In this document: positions 55,074-64,000 of the stretch, piece after piece
How the letters are laid out: each line of letters begins with the position of its first letter
How positions within the stretch are numbered: the first letter of the stretch is position 1
Source: Candidatus Binatia bacterium
GTDB lineage: Bacteria > Desulfobacterota > Binatia > Bin18
NCBI GenBank assembly: GCA_963666315.2
Contig: CAXXHG010000021.1
Span: 96,001 to 160,000 of the forward strand
Reading direction: 5' to 3'
DNA length: 64,000 bases
Translations under genes and position numbers: made by a program
The notes under the pieces: model-generated
Told to the model about the DNA's origin: nothing
Databases searched by the model: none
What the model saw: only the letters and a program-made list of their open reading frames with translations

Positions 55074-55541
55074 ATGAGCACCACAACGGTGAAGCCGCTG
55101 AGTCCGATTCAGCAAAAGTTATTGAAAACGATATTGAAACCGGCCTCTCTCATGAACACGTGGGTATACCGGATGTCCGGAGGCAAAATAGGAGGGACTG
55201 CCGGCGGTGCCCCAGTGGTGCTGCTCACAACGACGGGCCGAAAATCCGGACAGCCCCGGACTGCTCCCTTGCTCTATCTTGAAGACAACGGGAATATAAT
55301 CGTTGTGGCCTCACAAGGCGGAATGTCAACAAATCCCTTATGGTTCAGAAATCTTGAAGCCAACCCGGAAGTAGAGATTGAGATTGGCAAAGAGAAGCGC
55401 AAGGCGCGAGCTCGTCGGGCAAATGAAGAAGAAAAGGCTGCCTTGTGGCCAAAACTGACAGCCATGTACGGGAGTTTTGATCTCTATCAAGCTCGCACCG
55501 AGCGTAATATTCCGGTCGTGATTCTTTCTCCGCTCGAATGA
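55074..55541 (+). CDS. Ddn-like F420H2-dependent nitro/quinone reductase
   Basis: LLTTTGRKSGQPR, VVASQGG..NP.W..NL.ANP, YQARTERNIP. Confidence 0.92.
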   Translation: MSTTTVKPLSPIQQKLLKTILKPASLMNTWVYRMSGGKIGGTAGGAPVVLLTTTGRKSGQPRTAPLLYLEDNGNIIVVASQGGMSTNPLWFRNLEANPEVEIEIGKEKRKARARRANEEEKAALWPKLTAMYGSFDLYQARTERNIPVVILSPLE

Positions 55542-55562
55542 AGGTATGCTACGCATGCTATG

Positions 55563-55820
55563 CTACGCATCCACCTTGTCAAAATATTGAATATTCGGTT
55601 GGGCCGTTACGAGTGCTCCGAGCCGGTCTAACGTCCCGGTTTCCGAACGCCAATTTAAATAGCGCTCCTGATGGCCGCGCGAGTCCCATAATTCATACAA
55701 CACCATGCTGCCCTTGGTCTCGGTATTGTCATAGAAATCGACACTCTGGCAGCCGTCGTAGGCTCGCGTATCGGGCAGCAACTCCTTCATGAGTGCCTTC
55801 ATATCGTCCACAGATTCACA
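55563..55820 (-). pseudogene. ABM-family monooxygenase, 5'-truncated
   Basis: LPDTRAYDGC, YELWDSR..QE.YL.WR; first strand and RBS missing. Confidence 0.7.
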
Positions 55821-55822
55821 GA

Positions 55823-58800
55823 TATGGAATAGCGTACTTGACCAGGTTGTCGATCTTTTACGTCAACGTGGGCGAGTGACCTATCGCGCACTCAAAAAAC
55901 AGTTTGAGCTGGATGATGACTTCTTGGAGGATCTGAAAGAAGAACGTCTCTACGCTCATCCTGAAGCCCAAGACGACGGAGGCCGTGGGCTCATCTGGCA
56001 AGGTGCGCGTGATGAAACAGGATCTTCACCCCAACCCCTGACTCCTAACTCCCAATGCCCAGCAAGCTACACCCCACCACACTTAGCCGAGCGCATCCGG
56101 GCGGAGCAAGCGGCGATGGAATCCCGTGGCGCAGCCAATGGTGAACGCAAAACCATCACGGCCCTATTTGCCGACCTCAAAGGTTCGACGGCACTGATTG
56201 AAGGCCTAGATCCAGAAGACGCCCGCGCCATTATCGACCCCGCGCTGCAACTGATGATGGATGCCGTGCACCGCTACGATGGCTATGTGGCGCAATCGTT
56301 AGGCGACGGTATCTTTGCGTTGTTTGGTGCACCCATTGCCCATGAAGACCACCCGCAGCGGGCGTTGTATGCAGCACTGCGGATTCAGGAAGAGATGCGA
56401 GGGTTTGCGGATACCCTCCGAGAGCAGGGGTATTCACCACTCATGATGCGGGTCGGAATAAATACGGGAGAAGTTGTGGTGCGGTCTATTCGCAAGGATG
56501 ATCTTCATACCGACTATGTGCCCGTGGGCCATTCGACCAACCTGGCAGCACGGATGGAGCAATCAGCGTCTCCGGGTTCTATTCTTGTGAGTGATTACGC
56601 CCACAAACACAACGACGGCTATTTTGAATTCAAAGATCTAAGTAAAACCCAGATTAAAGGGGTCGAAGAGCCACTCAATGTGTACGAAGTCTTGGGCGCT
56701 GGACCGCTCAGAACTCGTCTCCAGATTTCAGTACGACGGGGCATGGCCAGATCGTCGGAGTGATGGGCGAGCCAGGACTGGGGAAGTTGTGCCTGTTCTA
56801 TGAATTCAAGCTGGCCTCGCAGAGCGAATATTTGGTCTTAGAAGCGTTCGCGGTTTCGCACGGGAAAGCGTCTCCGTATCTCCCTTTGATCGAATTGCTG
56901 AAGAACTATTTTCAGATTGATCCGACGGATGATGAACGCCAACGGCAATCGAAAGTGGTAGGCTGGGTCTTGACGCTGGACCGCAGTCTCGAAGAGACGT
57001 TACCGTATCTCTTTTCACTCCTCAGTATCGAAGACGCCCAATCCAGCCTGCAACAGATGGATACCCAGATTCGCCGTCAACGGACGTTTGAGGCACTCAA
57101 GAAGCTCTTCTTGCGCGAGAGCTTGAACCAACCGCTCATCCTCATCGTTGAAGATCTGTACTGGATTGACACGGAAACGCAGGGCTTTCTGGATGTCTTG
57201 AGCGGGAGTATAGCCTCCGCTCAGGTCGTACTGCTGGTGAACTACCGGACCGAGTATCAGCGTCAGTGGGGTACGAAGACCTATCACACCCAACTGCACC
57301 TTGCTCCGCTCGGCCAAGCCGAAGCAGAAGAATTACTGGCGTTTCTTCTCGGTAACGACGACAGCCTCAAAACATTGAAGCCCCTCATTCTGGAAAGAAC
57401 GGAGGGGACACCGTTCTGTCTTTATGGAAGAGGTGGTGCAGACGTTGGTGGAAGAGGACGCCCTGATCGGTGATCGGGGCCACTATCGGTTGGAGACGGC
57501 GCCAGCCGCGCTTCATATTCCCCAGACGGTGCAAGGGATTCTGGCCGCACGGATCGATAGACTGAGTGTAGAAGAGAAAACATTCCTACAACAACTGGCC
57601 GTGATCGGGCGACAATTCCCCGCGAGCCTTATCAAACACGTCGTTCCCCAACCAGAGGACGATCTGTACCGTATCCTCACGTCCCTGCAGGCCAAAGAAT
57701 TTCTGTACGAGCAGCCCGCCTTCCCCGAGGTCGAGTATATTTTCAAGCACGCGCTGACCCAGGACGTAGCGTACGGCACGGTACTTCAAGAACAGCGCAA
57801 ATCCCTACATGAACGCACGGCGCAGGCGCTGGAATCCTTGTATTCGGATAGCCTCGAAGACCACTACAGTGAGCTGGCCCATCACTACAGTCACAGCGAA
57901 AATACCCGGAAGGCGGTCGAGTATTTGGGATTGGCGGGACAGAAAGCTGTGCAACATTTAGCCCATGAGGAAGGGTCGCGTTGCTTTATAACCGCCTCAG
58001 AACTCCTCTCTGAGAGTGGTGAGACACCCAACCGCGCGCGCCTAGAACTCCCATTGCAGACGGCTCCAGGGGAGACTTTGTACGTACACGTGATTCTGCT
58101 TTGCAAGGACTCCGTCACTACGACCCCGTGCGGCATCGCGCGCACGGGGTTCTGTATGGCATATACTCTGGGGTCCAGAATTTGGCCTGTTCCAGTTGGA
58201 GCCTGTGGTATCTGGGGTATCCGGACCAAGCCGTGCAACCAGCGGACCAAGCGTAGACCTTAGCCCGAGACGTGGGCCATCCCTTTAGTCTAGGCTACGG
58301 GGTGCTGAGTCCGGGTATCATTAAAGCGCTGCGGCCAGAGGCGCGCGACTCAAGAGCAGGCCGAAGCGCTTATTGCAGTAAGCGAGGAGCACGGGGTGCC
58401 AATCTCCCTGGCGTACGGCGTTCTTATCCGGGGGTATGCATTGGCCATGCAGGGGCAGAGAGCGGAGGGAAACAGCCAACTTCAAGAGAGGTTAAGAATA
58501 TTTCGTGCCTTGAAATTGACCTACTCGCTTCCCTTTTTTCTCTCTTTAGTTGCAGAAGTGTGTGTGCTGGATGGAAGGACATCAGAGGGACTCGTGGCCA
58601 TCGAGGAGGCATCAGCGCTCGCCCGGAGGGGGCAACGCTGGCATGAGCCTGAACTCCACCGGCTCAAGGGGGAGCTGACGCTGCAGAAGTCGACAGTTGA
58701 AGAAGAGGCGGAACCTCACTTTCTGAAAGCACTCGAAGTTGCTCGTCACCAAGAAGCCAAATCTCTTGAACTCCGCGCCGCCACCAGCTTGGCCCGGCTA

Positions 58801-58926
58801 TGGCAGCAACAAGGCAAGACGGCTGAAGCCCGCGACCTCCTTGCTCCTGTCTACGATTGGTTCACCGAAGGGTTTGATACGGCGGACTTGAAGGATGCGA
58901 AGACTCTGCTTGAAGAGTTGAAGTGA
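55823..58926 (+). pseudogene. Class III nucleotide cyclase-AAA ATPase-TPR protein, fragmented
   Basis: ERKTITALFADLKGST, GDGIFALFGAP, GEPGLGK, LAARIDRL, ELRAATSLARL..FTEGFDT; several frameshifts and internal deletions. Confidence 0.9.
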
Positions 58927-58932
58927 AACATC

Positions 58933-58972
58933 ACCCACCGAAAAATGGTGGGTCTAAGAGGACCCACCCTAC
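58933..58972. repeat. Partial GTAG-type REP doublet
   Basis: ACCCACC..GGTGGGTCTAAGAGGACCCACCCTAC. Confidence 0.5.
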
Positions 58973-59112
58973 CGGTTGCGTTCTGCCAGTTTCCTCGTAA
59001 TGCGCCTTAAAATCCTCAGGTAGTTTTACGATGGGCTTCAGGGTTTTCATCTGGGCGAGAAGTGGTATAGGGGCAAGTATCATCTGCCCACATGCAAAGA
59101 AGGAGGAGGAGT

Positions 59113-59502
59113 ATGGACGACGCAGCGCGAGAAAAGTATCTCCGCATAGCCCTCGTTGTCGTAGGGCTCACGTTTATTTTTGGCTTGTATCCCCTCATGA
59201 ACATTCTCTGGCCCTCTGGGTGGAGCTGGGAGCCGCGCCAATACGAGTATGAGCAGATGATTATGGGCGTGTATGCGACGCTGGGCGTCTTCTTGTTACT
59301 TGCCTCGCGTAATCCTGTGGAGCACCGCAGCCTGATCTGGTTTACGGTTTGGTCGAGTGTCGTGCATGCGGCCATTATGGCAGTCCAAGCCGTGGTCGAT
59401 CCGACCGAACGGGCTAATCTGCTTGGCGATGTACCCGCGTTGTTTATCATAGCGCTTGTGTTGGCTGTGTTAATGTCACGACGGGCTTCAACTCCAACCT
59501 GA
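59113..59502 (+). CDS. Four-TM membrane protein (DUF6632-like)
   Basis: LWPSGWSW, MIMGVYATLGVFLLLASRNP, FTVWSSVVH; GGAGG RBS. Confidence 0.75.
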   Translation: MDDAAREKYLRIALVVVGLTFIFGLYPLMNILWPSGWSWEPRQYEYEQMIMGVYATLGVFLLLASRNPVEHRSLIWFTVWSSVVHAAIMAVQAVVDPTERANLLGDVPALFIIALVLAVLMSRRASTPT

Positions 59503-59552
59503 CAAGAAAAAAGGTGGATCTTGGAGATCCACTCTGCATTAAGGAGGGTCTC

Positions 59553-60449
59553 ATGAAATTTGGTTTTATGCTTCCTCAGTTTGGTGCAATGGCAACGCAC
59601 GAAACCATGCTCTCAATGGCCCAACTTGGCGAAGAACAAGGCTTTGAGTCGGTATGGGCGGCCGATCATGTGATCATGCCGACGCGGATCTCTACGCCGT
59701 ATCCGTACAGCAAGTCAGGTGAATATATCGCCGACCCGAAAGGTGCCCATCTTGAGCCTTTTACCATCCTCTCGTTTGTCGCAGGTTGTACGCATAGGAT
59801 TCGTTTGGGTTTTACCGTGATCGTGGCCCCGTACCGAAATCCCATTGTGACAGGAAAGATGATGGCTTCTCTCGATGTTCTGTCAAACGGTCGCCTCATT
59901 GCTGGCGTAGGCGCGGGCTGGTTAGAAGAGGAGTTCCAGGCCCTCGAGGTCCCGTTTACCAAACGATGGGCACGCACCGAGGAGCACATTCGTATTTGGA
60001 AAGAGCTGTGGACGGCTGAAGAGCCGCAGTTTGACGGACAGTTTTATCATTTTTCTGAAGTCCAATGCCGGCCCCAGCCGTTACAAAAGCCTCATCCGCC
60101 AATCACCATCGGTGGCCGAGGCAAAGCCAGTCTCAAACGAGTGGTGAGCCTCGGTGATGGCTGGCAAGTCGTCGCTGAGCATCCGGACGATGTGTATAGT
60201 ACGGAAGGAGATCTGGCTAAAGACCTTGCTACTCTCAAGCAGATGTCAGAAGAGGCCGGCCGGGATTTCCAAACCATTGAAATCACGGCAGTGATTATTG
60301 CTGGGACAGCAGAAGGCGTCCTCCGGGATATCGCCCAGTATGAACGGCTTGGCGTCAGCCGCCTCATCTTGGATTTCCCGTCCTTTGTTTCCGATCCTCA
60401 AGAAATGGCGACCATTTTGGAGAAGGTGGCGCCTGAGGCTGCGATGTGA
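59553..60449 (+). CDS. LLM-class F420-dependent oxidoreductase
   Basis: GFESVWAADHV, PYRNP, GVGAGWLEEEF, PQPLQKPHPPI; AAGGAGG RBS. Confidence 0.92.
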   Translation: MKFGFMLPQFGAMATHETMLSMAQLGEEQGFESVWAADHVIMPTRISTPYPYSKSGEYIADPKGAHLEPFTILSFVAGCTHRIRLGFTVIVAPYRNPIVTGKMMASLDVLSNGRLIAGVGAGWLEEEFQALEVPFTKRWARTEEHIRIWKELWTAEEPQFDGQFYHFSEVQCRPQPLQKPHPPITIGGRGKASLKRVVSLGDGWQVVAEHPDDVYSTEGDLAKDLATLKQMSEEAGRDFQTIEITAVIIAGTAEGVLRDIAQYERLGVSRLILDFPSFVSDPQEMATILEKVAPEAAM

Positions 60450-60493
60450 AGAAGCGGTGGAGGCGGTAACGTTCTTTATGCTTGCAGGGCGCT

Positions 60494-61687
60494 ATGGGGG
60501 ACCGGGTGCAGCGGAGTGCTGAGTACGATGTCGTCATTGTCGGTGGAGCTATCATCGGCAGCGCTGTTGCGTACTTTCTCTCAGCCACTGATCATTTTCG
60601 TGGCCGCGTGCTCGTCATTGAGAAAGATCCGTCCTACCAAAAGTGTTCTACCACGCTCTCGCTCGCCTCTATTCGTCAGCAATTCTCTACGCCAGTTAAT
60701 ATTCAGCTGTCTCAGTTTGGAGTTGAATTCTTACGCGCTGCGAAGCAGCGACTCGGCCAGGACGTCGAGGTCAGCTTCCGGGAAGAAGGATATTTGTTGC
60801 TGGCAAGTGAGCAGGGGAAAGACATTCTTGAGCGCAACTCTGTTATCCAAAAGCAACAGGGCGCAGACGTTGGTCTCTTCAATGCGACTGAGCTGAAAAA
60901 ACGTTTCCCATGGCTTAATACCTCTGATATTGCTGCAGGCTGTCTTGGACTGTCGGGAGAAGGGTGGTTTGATGCTCACAGTGTGATGCATGCGATGCGG
61001 AGAGTGGCTGTCGCCCACGGCGCTGAGTTTATTCAGGGAGAGGTTACGAGTCTTGAAGTCTCACAGCAACGCGTTGTGTCTGCGCAGCTCAGTGATGGAC
61101 GCATCTTCTCTTGTGACGAGCTCGTGAATGCGGCTGGTCCGGCAGCAAGTAAAATCGCTCGTATGGCCGGTATAGAACTGCCAGTCGAAAGTCGAAAACG
61201 GTGTGTGTTTGTTTTTGATTGCCGACAGGCTGATGTGCTGCAACAGTGTCCGTTGATCGTCGATGTCTCAGGCGTTTACTGCCGGCCTGAAGGACAATAT
61301 TTCGTGTGTGGGGTGTCTCCACCCGAAGATCAGGATCCGCCAACACAAGACTTCAGTATTGATTATCACCTATTTGATGATGTCGTCTGGCCAGCGTTGG
61401 CCCACCGGGTGCCGGTTTTTGAAGCGATTAAGCAGGTCAATGCGTGGAGTGGGCATTATGCGTACAACACATTAGATCAGAACGCCATTGTCGGCCGGCA
61501 TCCGGTCGTCAAGAATTTTCTTTTTGCGAATGGATTTTCTGGCCATGGTGTACAACAAGCACCGGCTGTTGGCCGTGGAATTACCGAACTGATTTCCCGT
61601 GGTGCCTATCAGACGATCGATATAACACCACTGGGTTTTGAGCGGGTAATGGAAGGACGGCCCCTACAAGAACTGAATGTGATTTAA
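60494..61687 (+). CDS. FAD-dependent oxidoreductase (FOXRED1 / sarcosine oxidase beta-like)
   Basis: IVGGAIIG, IRQQFS, EGWFD, DQNAIVG, NGFSGHG; start codon uncertain. Confidence 0.9.
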   Translation: MGDRVQRSAEYDVVIVGGAIIGSAVAYFLSATDHFRGRVLVIEKDPSYQKCSTTLSLASIRQQFSTPVNIQLSQFGVEFLRAAKQRLGQDVEVSFREEGYLLLASEQGKDILERNSVIQKQQGADVGLFNATELKKRFPWLNTSDIAAGCLGLSGEGWFDAHSVMHAMRRVAVAHGAEFIQGEVTSLEVSQQRVVSAQLSDGRIFSCDELVNAAGPAASKIARMAGIELPVESRKRCVFVFDCRQADVLQQCPLIVDVSGVYCRPEGQYFVCGVSPPEDQDPPTQDFSIDYHLFDDVVWPALAHRVPVFEAIKQVNAWSGHYAYNTLDQNAIVGRHPVVKNFLFANGFSGHGVQQAPAVGRGITELISRGAYQTIDITPLGFERVMEGRPLQELNVI

Positions 61688-61905
61688 AGGGTGTTTGGAA
61701 AGTCGCCGTACACGTCATTGCGAGCGAAGCGAAGCAATCTGTGCTCCTCGGGGGGGGGTGTCGCGAAGCGACGGGTTGGGTTCACATCATGGGAAGTTGA
61801 TCTTCTCAAGACAACCCACCCCAGCCTTCTGCTACCCCTCCCAAGAGGGGATTTTGAGCCTGTACTATTCCCCGTATGAGTAAAAAGAAAGTCTCGGAGC
61901 GTGCC
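61688..61905 (+). mobile_element. MITE family 2, copy B, with different internal hairpin cargo
   Basis: First ~55 bp closely match the reverse complement of the right end of 52140-52269; TAA on both flanks; right TIR degenerate. Confidence 0.55.
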
Positions 61906-61955
61906 TAATAAGTGTCTCTGTGGCGACGCCCAGAATGTACTTTTTGGACACGCTC

Positions 61956-62843
61956 TTACTGACCGGCAGACTTATGGCCCCAAATACTGCCTGCTGTATG
62001 GTACTGAACCTGCCAGGTGCTGTCGTCCACCACGCGCGCACCCCAGCCGTACTCGACTTCAAAACCTGATGGTGAATTCATATAAAATGAGAGCATGTGG
62101 TCGTTGGTGTGACGGCCCAGAGATCTGACAATGGGAACGCCCTTGTCCTGACACAGATCATAGGTTGAGCCGACATCGTCCATCGACTGGACCTGCAGCA
62201 TGAAATGATTGAGTCGTTTGTGCGGATTTGGTCGCGCGAAAAAAGCGATGGTGTGATGGCGTGGATTGCAGTGGAAGAAGGCGAGTTGAACTTCTTCCCC
62301 GCTAGGTCGGGTCAACTGGATATAGTCACTAATCCGCATGCCCAATACATCCCGGTAGAAATCTACGCTTTGATCGAAGTCATCCATGGTGATGACCATA
62401 TGGCCCAGCCCCTGCTCTGCAGCCACAAATCCGGACAGCGACCGCGGCGACTGGAACGGTTTGTTGAACGTCATGAGCGGGCCGTAGAAGATCTCAGACG
62501 GAATTCCGCTTGGATCTTTGTACGTGATGAGCTCAACAACACGCCGCGCAACGGCTTCCTCGCGTGTGCCGTGTTGCACTTCAATTCCGGCAGCGCGAAG
62601 CCGTTCTTCCAGGGCCCGCAGTTCATGCGTGCCGGTGACTTCCCAGCCGAGATAGGCCACATCGTCCTCTCCGGTTGGATGGATGAGAAAACGATGGTGA
62701 TAGTCGTCCAGACGGAGCAAGAGAGTCCCGTCGTCTTCTTTATTGCTAACCTGGAGGCCTAAGGTCTGCGTCGCAAACTCCTCCCAGGCGTTAATATCGC
62801 TCACGCCGATGCCCAAGTAACCTAATTGAGTAATGCTGGCCAT
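61956..62843 (-). CDS. Extradiol ring-cleavage dioxygenase (BphC/HsaC family)
   Basis: QLGYLG, QGLGH, FFHCNPRHH, LNHFMLQV, LGRHTND.MLSFY..PSGFEVEYGW. Confidence 0.93.
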   Translation of the reverse strand: MASITQLGYLGIGVSDINAWEEFATQTLGLQVSNKEDDGTLLLRLDDYHHRFLIHPTGEDDVAYLGWEVTGTHELRALEERLRAAGIEVQHGTREEAVARRVVELITYKDPSGIPSEIFYGPLMTFNKPFQSPRSLSGFVAAEQGLGHMVITMDDFDQSVDFYRDVLGMRISDYIQLTRPSGEEVQLAFFHCNPRHHTIAFFARPNPHKRLNHFMLQVQSMDDVGSTYDLCQDKGVPIVRSLGRHTNDHMLSFYMNSPSGFEVEYGWGARVVDDSTWQVQYHTAGSIWGHKSAGQ

Positions 62844-62917
62844 GCTGCCCTCCTCATAGTGGCAAGCTGAGCGGGAAACCTATCACACCCGCCAAGTTGA
62901 AGCGAGAAGAATCGTAG

Positions 62918-63075
62918 TAGCGTGTCCAGTCTAAAAGTGTACGTGTCTACGCGTTCATACTTCGACGGGGCTCAGCACGAACAGGCCTTGTCTGTCGCCT
63001 CTTTTTCCGTTCGCCCTGAGCTTGTCGAAGGGGAGCGGCAGTAACATAACGCCCAGTTTTAAGGTAGACACCCTA
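62918..63075 (-). mobile_element. MITE family 1, copy C (158 bp, inverted)
   Basis: Reverse complement aligns with copies A and B; GTAG on both flanks (62914-17, 63076-79). Confidence 0.8.
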
Positions 63076-63087
63076 GTAGTATTGGAT

Positions 63088-64000
63088 TTACGCACTCTCG
63101 TCCGGAACCATTCCTAATAAGTCAATAACGACCTTGCAGCCCGGGACAGGGAGGGGCCCAGGGATACGCACTGTGGTACTCGCCGGTGGATCGGTTGGAA
63201 AGGATTCTGCCCACGTTACAAATGAGGTAAAAAATTCGCCAAAGTCGGTATAAAATCCTCGCCTGCGCAGGAGATAAGCACGCGTTGTTCCCGCTGCTTC
63301 GCAAATGGCATCGATATTCTTCACGATGTAGTTGACTTCTTTTTCCGCAGGGGAAGAGTAGTACGGAAAATTGGGATCAACCCGCGCTTCCGCGGGGACT
63401 CCGGTCCGGTAATCGCTGGCCATCTGGCCTGAGAAAAAGAGGAAGGGACCAGCTTGGATAGCTTGCGGCTCATGTGCCAAGGGAGTAGGGGCAGCATCAG
63501 TCTGGATAGTACGCTTTGCCGGTCCGTCTTGCGGAACATAAGCGATAAGATTGACGGCAATACGCAAACCAGGAACGCCAAGATCACTCACCGGGACCGT
63601 CGTCCTGGCAGGCGGGTTTGTTGGAAAGTATTTTTTCCAGACCTGCTCCAGGCGGTAAAAGTCTTGCACGTCTGTCATGTAGACTTCTGCCTTCACAACG
63701 TCCGCAAGAGAGGCCCCAGCAGCCTGAAGAACTGCTTGCTGCGCTTCGAGAATATATTCGGTTTGTAACCGTGCGCTCTCGGCATAGTAGATGAAGTTGG
63801 GGTCGACCTGGGCTTGAGGTGCGACGCCTGCTGAGAAGTCCGTGGCCGTAATACCCGTAGTAAAGATGAATTCTCCAGCTTTGACTCCGTACTGGTACAG
63901 AGCTTGGCCATTGAGCCCCTGAATTGCAGGTTGCGGCAGTGAAGCGGCTCGAACAACCTCCGGACGCTGGCCGGTATCAGACACAAAGCCGACCATATCG
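63088..64000 (-). CDS. Tandem multi-domain RidA-family protein; start lies beyond the window
   Basis: Two RidA units (PPARTTV, PPASTTV; FFSGQ) in a frame open to the window end. Confidence 0.85.
   Translation of the reverse strand, partial: DMVGFVSDTGQRPEVVRAASLPQPAIQGLNGQALYQYGVKAGEFIFTTGITATDFSAGVAPQAQVDPNFIYYAESARLQTEYILEAQQAVLQAAGASLADVVKAEVYMTDVQDFYRLEQVWKKYFPTNPPARTTVPVSDLGVPGLRIAVNLIAYVPQDGPAKRTIQTDAAPTPLAHEPQAIQAGPFLFFSGQMASDYRTGVPAEARVDPNFPYYSSPAEKEVNYIVKNIDAICEAAGTTRAYLLRRRGFYTDFGEFFTSFVTWAESFPTDPPASTTVRIPGPLPVPGCKVVIDLLGMVPDESA

Overview
About 57% GC bacterial DNA, mostly catabolic and accessory genes: flavin/F420-dependent LLM oxidoreductases, enoyl-CoA hydratases, amidases, a fused CoA-transferase III, P450, RidA-family proteins, an extradiol dioxygenase, two DUF1329 proteins, a TonB-dependent receptor, cysE, rraA and acetoacetyl-CoA synthetase. 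This repertoire suggests (inference only) a Binatia- or Entotheonella-like, possibly sponge-associated organism. About 20 loci are broken by nonsense codons, frameshifts or deletions. The main structure is a 5.5-kb integrated element (11738-17275). It is bounded by a perfect 20-bp direct repeat at a non-tRNA site and has arm-like GCAACC repeats and a tyrosine integrase transcribed divergently from a small Zn-finger gene. Its cargo is a secreted TPR protein and two secreted paralogues sharing a constant N-terminal domain with unrelated C-termini, separated by a perfect 40-bp palindrome. Also present: two families of TIR-bounded MITEs carrying REP-like hairpins, remnants of a XhoI/PaeR7I-type restriction enzyme and an HNH nuclease pair that the ORF track misses, a possible group II intron 5' fragment, and H1-like basic tails on two small enzymes. 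No rRNA, tRNA or CRISPR array was seen. Family assignments come from recalled motifs, not database searches.
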